A stretch of DNA of 64,000 nt from an uncultured Bacteroidia bacterium (GTDB lineage Bacteria; Bacteroidota; Bacteroidia; Bacteroidales; Prolixibacteraceae). Below are positions 9,708 through 17,642 of this stretch, one piece after another. A program made the translations under genes and the position numbers. The notes beneath the pieces were generated by a model that was not told where the DNA came from, ran no database searches, and saw nothing but the letters and a program-made list of their open reading frames with translations. Position 1 is the first letter of the stretch. Every line of letters begins with the position of its first letter. The DNA is taken from NCBI GenBank assembly GCA_903918045.1, contig CAIXCY010000082.1:63730-127729 (forward strand). The letters run 5' to 3'.

Positions 9708-10811
9708 ATGGACAATAAATTATTTACCCCGGGCCCATTGAATACAAAACTTTCTGTAAAGGAGGCGATGCTTCACGATATGGGCTCACGCGACAAAGAG
9801 TTCATAAGCGTCGTAAAAGAGATAAGGGAACAACTGCTTCTATTGGCGGGGCTAACCAAAGAAGAGGGTTACGACACAGTACTGATGCAGGGCTCCGGCA
9901 CTTTTGGGGTCGAATCGGTTATCTCAACGGCGATTCCTGCTGATGGTCATTTGTTACTCATCACTAATGGCGCTTATGGTGACAGGATCGGCGAGATGGC
10001 AAAAGTGTACGGCATTAAAACAACAACGCTAAGCTATAAGGAAAATATTGTCCCACCGGCTCAGGACGTTGAAGAGGTTCTGAAAACAGATAGCACTGTT
10101 ACCCATGTAGCGATAATCCATTGCGAAACCACGACCGGAATATTCAATGACATTGAGCGAATTGGGTACTTAGCCCGTAAATATAATAAAATTTATATCG
10201 TCGATGCAATGAGCAGTTTCGGTGCTGTCCCCATTGATTTTAAAAAATTTGATATTGATTTTCTAATCTCTTCATCCAATAAATGCATCGAAGGGGTTCC
10301 CGGGTTTTCGTTTATAATCTTCAAAGTGAGTTCACTTGAAAGTTGCAAAGCGAATGCGCGGACTGTATCACTGGACCTCTACAGCCAATGGGCCTACATG
10401 AGGAACAGCAATTCATTTCGTTATACCCCTCCAATTCAAACAATTCTGGCCTTTCACAAAGCTCTTGCCATCTTAAAGGAAGAGGGGGGAATTCCCAAAC
10501 GATCGGAACGGTATCAGCAGAACTACCACCGGTTAATCGAAGGAACTGAAGCGCTCGGATTAAGAACCTACCTCAACAAAGAAGATCAGGGGTATATTAT
10601 TACTTCATTCCTTTTCCCGCAACATCCCAATTTCGATTTTACACAATTCTACCAAAAGCTGCACGAGCAAGGTCAGGTTATTTACCAGGGGAAGTTATCG
10701 GATACAGACTGTTTTCGGATTGGAAATATCGGCGATCTTTTTGTAACGGATATTGACCGGCTCATTTTAGCTATTGACGATGTCTTTAAAGAGATGAACA
10801 TCCACTTTTAA
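9708..10811 (+). CDS. phnW: 2-aminoethylphosphonate--pyruvate transaminase
   Basis: 'LFTPGPLNT' N terminus and 'SSSNKCIEGVPGFSF' (PLP Lys) of class-V aminotransferases. Immediately downstream of phnX. Confidence 0.9.
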   Translation: MDNKLFTPGPLNTKLSVKEAMLHDMGSRDKEFISVVKEIREQLLLLAGLTKEEGYDTVLMQGSGTFGVESVISTAIPADGHLLLITNGAYGDRIGEMAKVYGIKTTTLSYKENIVPPAQDVEEVLKTDSTVTHVAIIHCETTTGIFNDIERIGYLARKYNKIYIVDAMSSFGAVPIDFKKFDIDFLISSSNKCIEGVPGFSFIIFKVSSLESCKANARTVSLDLYSQWAYMRNSNSFRYTPPIQTILAFHKALAILKEEGGIPKRSERYQQNYHRLIEGTEALGLRTYLNKEDQGYIITSFLFPQHPNFDFTQFYQKLHEQGQVIYQGKLSDTDCFRIGNIGDLFVTDIDRLILAIDDVFKEMNIHF

Positions 10812-10847
10812 GAAATTACAGAACAGCATTTTATCAACCTGAATTTT

Positions 10848-10892
10848 AAGCAGGAGAAGATTCAACACACTGAAGCTTCTCCTGCTTTTTTT
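10848..10892 (+). terminator. Rho-independent terminator after phnW
   Basis: Perfect 12-bp stem aagcaggagaag / cttctcctgctt followed by a T run. Confidence 0.8.
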
Positions 10893-10939
10893 CGTGACCA
10901 CACCGATTTTATCCTAAATGGAACAATGATTCATCAAAT

Positions 10940-10967
10940 TGTAACAAACATGTATTTATGATGAAAT
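10940..10967 (+). promoter_or_regulatory. Three 11-bp-phased TGTAAC/TGTATT/TGAAAT hexamers (Pho-box-like)
   Basis: tgtaac at 10940, tgtatt at 10951 and tgaaat at 10962. About 90 nt upstream of ATG 11058. Confidence 0.3.
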
Positions 10968-11057
10968 AATATAATCGGACTTTTGCCGAAAGAAATTATT
11001 AAAAAATGTTAAAATCTCTTATTTAGAGTTATTCAATCAAAATACATCAAATTAATT

Positions 11058-11597
11058 ATGCTTATAAGATTCCTTTTACTTTTGATTCTTGCCGGTTTGA
11101 TAACGGATAGAATTTCTGCTCAAAATTCATTAGCTCTGGCAAATGCTGCAAATACACCAGGTTCGGGCTCAGCTGGATCCGGATTGTCGGTATATGAGTT
11201 CCGGATATATGTATTTGAGAATGATCTTACCTCTATTTCAGAAGATTTATTGCAGCAGCATGTTTTTGGACAACTTGTATCCAGAAAGTTATACCTGCTT
11301 GAATCCAAATATACGTTCGAGGTTCCGGTTGTTCCCGGAAACCCGCAAACAAAAACAGTGATCCGAAAACCTGCTATTTATGAGGCGGTAAGAAAGATTG
11401 AGCATTATCTTAAGAAATCGGTTAGAAAGGGTATAATGTCAAATGATGCCGCGGCAACTGCTTTCAATAAAGTATTGGATGTAGCTCTGAATGCCTTTGC
11501 TGCTGATTCCGGTAATTTTGAGAAAACGATTGAAAAGTGCGATGATTTAGTATCGCTCATTGCTCTTTTTACAAATCGGGTAAACCTCGTTTCATAG
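11058..11597 (+). CDS. Hypothetical secreted protein
   Basis: Signal peptide ending '..RISAQ'. No recognisable domain. It lies upstream of SusC on the same strand. Confidence 0.45.
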   Translation: MLIRFLLLLILAGLITDRISAQNSLALANAANTPGSGSAGSGLSVYEFRIYVFENDLTSISEDLLQQHVFGQLVSRKLYLLESKYTFEVPVVPGNPQTKTVIRKPAIYEAVRKIEHYLKKSVRKGIMSNDAAATAFNKVLDVALNAFAADSGNFEKTIEKCDDLVSLIALFTNRVNLVS

Positions 11598-11729
11598 TTT
11601 TTTAGCTCCGGTTACAATTTTATTAACCACAGAGATTGCTGCCTAAAAAGCATCAAAATACTCAACCTATGTCTAAAAATTATTTAATCATTTAAAATCA
11701 AATCCATTATTAATTCTAAAATCCTTAAA

Positions 11730-14700
11730 ATGCAGAAATTTATTTTTTTAGTAATAACCGTCCTTCTACTGGGGAATCTTACGTTTGCTCAGAAAGCAAA
11801 TATTGAGGGTCTGGTTAAAAGCAGGACAGGAGAGCGCCTTTCGGGTGCCACCGTTTTAGTTAAAGGGACCACAAATGGAACCTTAACTGATGAAAATGGC
11901 CATTTTACAATTAAAGCCGAACCGAAAGAGATTCTGGTTGGATCGTTTATTGGTTTCGAGACTTTGGAAATTACTGTTGGAAATCAAAAAACGATCGATC
12001 TGACCTTATCCGAGCTGAAGGAGCAGCTCTCAGAAGTGGTTGTTACCGCTTTGGGTATCGAAAAACAGAAAAGCACAATCGGCTTTGCTGTAGAAGATAT
12101 CAAGGGTAGTGAACTTGTAAAGGCTAGAGAGCCAAATCCAATCAATGCACTCACAGGAAAAATTGCAGGACTTACAATCGGTTCTTCAACCGAAATGTTG
12201 GGCGCTCCAACGGTCTTGCTTCGGGGTTACGCGCCCCTTTATGTTGTTGATGGCGTTCCTGTTCAGACTGATACCTGGGATCTTAATCCGGATGATATTG
12301 AAACTTACACTGTACTTAAGGGGCCTGCAGCTGCAGCTCTTTACGGATCGAGAGGCCAGTTTGGCGCCATCCAGATTACAAGCAAACGGGGATCTAAAGA
12401 TAAACGGGGATTCAATGCAGAATTTAATTCAAGTACCATGTTTGATGGCGGATTTATTGCATTGCCTAATACTCAGGATTTATATGGTCCAGGTGATCAT
12501 GGGGTTTATGCTTTTGGAGATGGCAAAGGTGGTAACGGCGGATTAAATGATGCCGATTACGATATCTGGGGACCCGCATTAAACGGCCAGCTTATACCAC
12601 AGTATGACAGCCCTGTAGTTAATGGTGTCAGAACTGCTACCCCATGGACTGCACGTGGAAAAGATAACCTCAAGAGGTTTTTACAAACCGGGTCTTTATC
12701 GACAAACAGCTTCTCTTTTGGTGCGACAAATGGAAAAGGGGATATCCGTATGTCGGCATCACATAGCTACCAAAAAGGGATGGTGCCCAATACTGAATTG
12801 AACATGACCAATTTCAACCTTTCAGGCGGATACAATATTACACCGAAACTTAGGGTTGACGCTAACCTTGCTTACGGCAGACAATATACTCCCAATACTC
12901 CCGACGTAACTTACGGCCCCAACAGTATCATTTACAACATCACCGTATGGGGCGGAGCAGACTGGAATATTGCAGACATGCGCAACTACTGGCAGCCCGG
13001 GAAAGAGGGTGTTCAATCCAATTATGAGGAGTATACCCGTTACCACAACCCTTACTTTATGTCGTATGAATGGCTTAGGGGTCATTACAAAAATGACATG
13101 AAAGGTTATGCTTCAGTAAGCTACAAATTCAATAATTACCTTAATGTACAAGCCCGGACAGCCGTTACAACCTACGATCTTTTCAGATCTGAAAAAATGC
13201 CTTTCTCTGCTCACCCTTATGGTCGTGAACAGGCTCTCGGAGATTATCGCGAAGACAAACGAAATCTGTTTGAGAACAATACCGATCTTTTGCTCTCATT
13301 CGACAAGTACGTTCTCCCTAAATTAAGCGTTCATGCAACCGCCGGAGGAAACATCCGCACCTATGAATTCAGAAGCAGCTTTGCAACAACCGATTACCTA
13401 AACGTTCCAGGGTGGTATAACCTAAGCAACTCAAAGAACCCGGTAAAATCATACAATTTTGATGCTCCGATGCAGGTTTTAAGTGCCTATGCCACCGCTG
13501 ATATTACCTATAACGATTTTGCAACATTATCGTTAACCGGTCGTAACGACAAAAACTCAACCCTACCATCCGCCAACAATTCGTATTTCTATCCGTCGGC
13601 TTCAGCAAGTATCGAAATGTCCAAGCTTGTTAAAATCCCAACGGTAAAATCGTGGAAAATCAGAGGATCGTATGCAAACGTCGGAAGTGCACTTACTTCA
13701 AGGCAAATCGGAACAACTGATGTTACTCTTGGGTTAGGTCAACTGCAATATGGTACCACCTATTATTCCCCTTATGATGGACCCACTTATCAGAATTCAT
13801 CATCATACAATATTAACCTGATTCAGGGCCAGGCTGCCGCTGCCTATACAGGAACTATTTCGAATCCAAAACTAAAACCCAGCTCAAGTTCAGCATGGGA
13901 AGCAGGAACAGATGTAGGGATGTTTGATAATAAGCTCAGATTCGATTTCACCTATTTTTCAAGTATCGACGGCCCTCAGATTTTCAACCTTCCTATTTCA
14001 GGAGCGACCGGATTTAACAGCGCGCTTGTAAACGGTATCAAGATCCAGCGCAGGGGCTATGAGTTTACAGTTGCAGGAACACCATTCCATAATAAGGATG
14101 GGTTTAGCTGGGATATTTCGGCCAACTACTCAACCTATCAGCAGTATCTTAAAGAAATTTATCCCGGTGTTGAGAATTTAAATACATTCTTAAAAGTTGG
14201 TGACCGACTCGATAAACTCTATGAATCTGCATTTGTAAGAACTCCGGATGGTAAGATTATCAATGATGGAAGTGGTCGCCCAATCAGAAACTCTGTGAAA
14301 CAATTTTTAGGAAATGCGAACTACGACTTTACTGCAGCCATTAATAATACCCTCTCTTATAAAAATTTAAGTTTGAGGTTCCAGTTTGACGGACGCTTCG
14401 GTGGTAAGATCCAGGATTACGTTGAGAAAAAAACATTCCAGGGTGGACGTAACATTGCAACGGTTCAGGGCGCAATGGGGATTGCACGGTTAAATGACAC
14501 GAAAGGTATCAAATCCTATGTTGGAGAAGGTGTTCAAGTAAGTAACAGCACAGCAATCGCATACGATTCTGACGGAAAAGTAACAAACTACGATCAGCTA
14601 CAATATGCGCCAAATACAACTGCAACCTATCTTCAGGATTACCTGAGTCGTTGGTCAGGGACTAATGAAGCAACGATGATTAGCAGAACATTCGTGAAAC

Positions 14701-14915
14701 TGCGCGAGGTGGTTCTCACCTATACGTTGCCAAAACGTTACCTGCAAGGGACATTTATCAATCAGGCAAATATCTCGTTTGTAGGACGCAACCTGCTCTA
14801 TCTTGCAGCAAAATCTGATATCGACATCGAACAATATGCCGGAGCCAACTTTGGTTCAGACTTACAGACACCTACTCAAAGACGTATTGGATTTAACCTG
14901 AATTTCACATTCTAA
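11730..14915 (+). CDS. SusC/RagA-family TonB-linked outer membrane protein
   Basis: Signal peptide, a carboxypeptidase-regulatory-like N-domain ('IEGLVKS..GERLSGATVLVKGT'), a plug ('VLKGPAAAALYGSRG'), 1061 aa, C-terminal '...NLNFTF'. Confidence 0.9.
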   Translation: MQKFIFLVITVLLLGNLTFAQKANIEGLVKSRTGERLSGATVLVKGTTNGTLTDENGHFTIKAEPKEILVGSFIGFETLEITVGNQKTIDLTLSELKEQLSEVVVTALGIEKQKSTIGFAVEDIKGSELVKAREPNPINALTGKIAGLTIGSSTEMLGAPTVLLRGYAPLYVVDGVPVQTDTWDLNPDDIETYTVLKGPAAAALYGSRGQFGAIQITSKRGSKDKRGFNAEFNSSTMFDGGFIALPNTQDLYGPGDHGVYAFGDGKGGNGGLNDADYDIWGPALNGQLIPQYDSPVVNGVRTATPWTARGKDNLKRFLQTGSLSTNSFSFGATNGKGDIRMSASHSYQKGMVPNTELNMTNFNLSGGYNITPKLRVDANLAYGRQYTPNTPDVTYGPNSIIYNITVWGGADWNIADMRNYWQPGKEGVQSNYEEYTRYHNPYFMSYEWLRGHYKNDMKGYASVSYKFNNYLNVQARTAVTTYDLFRSEKMPFSAHPYGREQALGDYREDKRNLFENNTDLLLSFDKYVLPKLSVHATAGGNIRTYEFRSSFATTDYLNVPGWYNLSNSKNPVKSYNFDAPMQVLSAYATADITYNDFATLSLTGRNDKNSTLPSANNSYFYPSASASIEMSKLVKIPTVKSWKIRGSYANVGSALTSRQIGTTDVTLGLGQLQYGTTYYSPYDGPTYQNSSSYNINLIQGQAAAAYTGTISNPKLKPSSSSAWEAGTDVGMFDNKLRFDFTYFSSIDGPQIFNLPISGATGFNSALVNGIKIQRRGYEFTVAGTPFHNKDGFSWDISANYSTYQQYLKEIYPGVENLNTFLKVGDRLDKLYESAFVRTPDGKIINDGSGRPIRNSVKQFLGNANYDFTAAINNTLSYKNLSLRFQFDGRFGGKIQDYVEKKTFQGGRNIATVQGAMGIARLNDTKGIKSYVGEGVQVSNSTAIAYDSDGKVTNYDQLQYAPNTTATYLQDYLSRWSGTNEATMISRTFVKLREVVLTYTLPKRYLQGTFINQANISFVGRNLLYLAAKSDIDIEQYAGANFGSDLQTPTQRRIGFNLNFTF

Positions 14916-14950
14916 TAAAACGTTATTTAATTAATTTGATTCTTAGAAAC

Positions 14951-16438
14951 ATGAAAAATATTTATTTACTAATAATTGTGCTCCTGATTTCGACGACCTC
15001 CTGCCAGAAATTCTCGGCATTGGAGAAAGATCCAAATCGTCCTGGCCAGGTCCCTCCATCATTGATCTTCACAAATGTTCTTTACAACAGCTACTATTCC
15101 CCCTGGAGCGATGTCTCAAGATGGAATCAGTTCTGGTGTAGTAATTATGCCTATTACAATGATCAGACTTATGATTGGACAAATACAAGTTTTAATTATG
15201 CTCAGCTTCAGAATGTTAAGCAAATGACAGCCGAGGCTACGCGTGTGGGTTTACCGGTTAACAATCCTTATGCAGCCCTGGGAAAATTCTTCTATGCCTA
15301 TTTCTTTGTGGATATGTCGATGAAACTGGGAGATATTCCAATGACTGATGCGCTAAAAGGGCTGGATAATACACAGCCAAAGTACGACACACAAAAAGCT
15401 GTTTTCAAACAGTCTTTGGCCTGGCTTGACGAGGCAAACAGCGATTTGCAGCTGCTTATTAACAGCAACGACAATTCGTTGGTGGGTGACTTTATGCTTG
15501 GAAATGACCTGGTAAAATGGCAAAAAGTTGTAAACAGCTATAAACTAAGGTTGCTTGTAACATTAAGCAAAAAATCAGCCGATAGTGATTTGAATATTGC
15601 ATCAGCTTTCAGTGCAATTATCTCAAATCCTTCAAAATACCCGGTGATCACCTCATTGGATGACAACCTGAAATTTACATTTAATGCTTCAACAGACAAA
15701 TATCCCCTTAATCCTGATGAATACGGTAAGACCGCAACGCGTAATAATATGTCTGCGACCTATCTGAATACGCTTGTTGCGTTAAGAGATCCCAGAACAT
15801 TTATTGTTGCTGATCCGGCAGAAGCGAAAATCAAGGGGGGGTTACATACCACTGATTTTGAAGCTTATGTAGGCGCCAGCTCAGGCGAGAGTCTTGACGA
15901 TATGTCCGTAAAAATGTTAAATGGTGATTATTCACCAATCAGCAAAAATCATTACTACGGTAGTTACCTGGGAGAACCGTGTATCCAGATTGGTTATTCT
16001 GAATTGTGTTTTAATATTGCGGAAGGAATTAACCGAGGCTGGGCAAGTGGAAATGCTGAAGCTTACTATATCAATGGAATACAGGCCTCATGGACTTTTC
16101 ACGGAGCCAGTGTCGCGCCTAATTGGGATGCTTATTATATACAGTCAACAGTTAAATACAGCAGCGATAACGCAACCGCTTTAACCCAGATCCTGACACA
16201 AAAATACCTGGCATTTTTCAATAATTCAGGATGGGAAGCGTATCGGAATGCACGACGTACCGGAGTGCCAACCTTCCTCACAGGTGTAGGAACCGGAAAT
16301 AGCCAGCGCATCGCCAAAAGATGGCAATATCCAAGTTCTGAAAGAACAACCAACGCCGTTAACTATAATGCAGCTTTGACGAGCCAGTTTGGTGCAGATA
16401 CAGACGATATCAACAGCGAAATGTGGATCTTTAAATGA
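14951..16438 (+). CDS. SusD/RagB-family nutrient-binding lipoprotein
   Basis: Lipobox '..ISTTSC'. Size and position directly after SusC fit. The ATG at 14951 is preferred over the TTG at 14936. Confidence 0.8.
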   Translation: MKNIYLLIIVLLISTTSCQKFSALEKDPNRPGQVPPSLIFTNVLYNSYYSPWSDVSRWNQFWCSNYAYYNDQTYDWTNTSFNYAQLQNVKQMTAEATRVGLPVNNPYAALGKFFYAYFFVDMSMKLGDIPMTDALKGLDNTQPKYDTQKAVFKQSLAWLDEANSDLQLLINSNDNSLVGDFMLGNDLVKWQKVVNSYKLRLLVTLSKKSADSDLNIASAFSAIISNPSKYPVITSLDDNLKFTFNASTDKYPLNPDEYGKTATRNNMSATYLNTLVALRDPRTFIVADPAEAKIKGGLHTTDFEAYVGASSGESLDDMSVKMLNGDYSPISKNHYYGSYLGEPCIQIGYSELCFNIAEGINRGWASGNAEAYYINGIQASWTFHGASVAPNWDAYYIQSTVKYSSDNATALTQILTQKYLAFFNNSGWEAYRNARRTGVPTFLTGVGTGNSQRIAKRWQYPSSERTTNAVNYNAALTSQFGADTDDINSEMWIFK

Positions 16439-16470
16439 TCATCAAATTAATAAGCACTAATTGAAAAATA

Positions 16471-16517
16471 GAAAACCCTGCCAGAACCTAATATCTGACA
16501 GGGTTTTCTTTCGTTTT
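16471..16517 (+). terminator. Rho-independent terminator after SusD
   Basis: gaaaaccctgccag ... ctgacagggttttc stem with one mismatch, followed by tttcgtttt. Confidence 0.75.
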
Positions 16518-16720
16518 AAGACCACTAAAAATTGAATCTTACTGGATTTTAATCGGAATGTAACATTTTTGTATCCAAAATGAAATAATTCAATGTGATT
16601 TTTACCTTGTGTACTTTTTTAGGAAAAATAAATCCACCAGGGTGGAAAATAAAACTATAATTAAATTATATATCAGACTATTACACAAATTAAATCAACT
16701 AAAGTAAAACAATAGTAAAT

Positions 16721-17014
16721 ATGAAAGTTGTACAATCAGATGAATCATTAGTTAAAATCGCCTTTGCGGGAAAACTTGACGGCAATTACGTTTCGACCAT
16801 TGACGTGAAATTATTTGCTTTACTAAATGGCGTCGAAGGACCCGTTGTATTTGATTTTTCAGAAGTCAGTTTTATCTCATCGCTGGGAATACGCATGATA
16901 CTTATGGCTTATAAGGAGATTAAAAGGCAGGGGTTTACCCTTAAAATTGAAAACACCAGTGACGATGTTGAAAACGTCTTTCTGATGACAGGTTTAGAAG
17001 ATTTATTAAATTAA
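16721..17014 (+). CDS. STAS-domain protein (anti-sigma-factor antagonist-like)
   Basis: 97 aa. 'FDFSEVSFISSLGIRMIL' fits the STAS/SpoIIAA Ser-loop region. Confidence 0.7.
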   Translation: MKVVQSDESLVKIAFAGKLDGNYVSTIDVKLFALLNGVEGPVVFDFSEVSFISSLGIRMILMAYKEIKRQGFTLKIENTSDDVENVFLMTGLEDLLN

Positions 17015-17298
17015 TAGACCGTTAATTGTTAGAAATTGAATTATTATAAAAATTGTGAAGTGGCTAATGCAATCTCCGGAGAAATAATAGAATATAAAAT
17101 TCGGATTGGAGCTGCTGCAATTGCACATAAATAAGGTGCTGTTTTATACATGGGTGGATGGCAGAGGCAACCTTTAAATTGCGGGGAACCCATTGTCAGA
17201 AAGACTGTCCCGCTGCAGTAAGTCACCGACTTTTTTCCAATAGTCCTGAATTACTATTGAACGCCAATAAAATCAAATTCAAATACCTTAGTTCCTCA

Positions 17299-17339
17299 TC
17301 TCCTGGGAATAAAAATGAGAAATTTTTATTCCCAGGAGA
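17299..17339. repeat. Perfect 18-bp-stem hairpin in a gene-free region
   Basis: tctcctgggaataaaaat / gagaa loop / atttttattcccaggaga. No U tract on either strand. Confidence 0.6.
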
Positions 17340-17544
17340 ATTGTCCTTACAGGCTATACCACGCCTAATACTGGTTCAATAAAGAGCCCTTTTATAGCGT
17401 ACCCATCCTTTTTACTGCTTTACATTTTTCTCGTAACGACATTGACAAACTTCGAAAACCAGTCGATAGTCTTACGATTCAACAAGTCACCCTCAACCTG
17501 TGAAACTTGTGGTAATTGCAGAACTAATCATTTTATTTTTAGAA

Positions 17545-17595
17545 TGTATTCACAATGTAATTAATCTGTAATCATACTGCATTTAAACTGTAATT
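17545..17595 (+). promoter_or_regulatory. Five helically phased TGTAAT-like hexamers (Pho-box-like array)
   Basis: tgtatt at 17545, tgtaat at 17556, tgtaat at 17567, tgcatt at 17578 and tgtaat at 17589, at an exact 11-bp period. The CTGTAAT form is close to the E. coli PhoB half-site CTGTCAT. About 50 nt before ATG 17643. Confidence 0.4.
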
Positions 17596-17642
17596 CTTAA
17601 GTCTTTTATTTGAGCTCATTTTATTTTGTCTAAATAAGAATA

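Noticed and set aside
17044-17382. Two small ORFs (60 aa on the minus strand, 74 aa on the plus strand) in the STAS-TonB receptor spacer
   Set aside because: They overlap each other on opposite strands, have atypical composition and no recognisable motif. I treated the region as non-coding.
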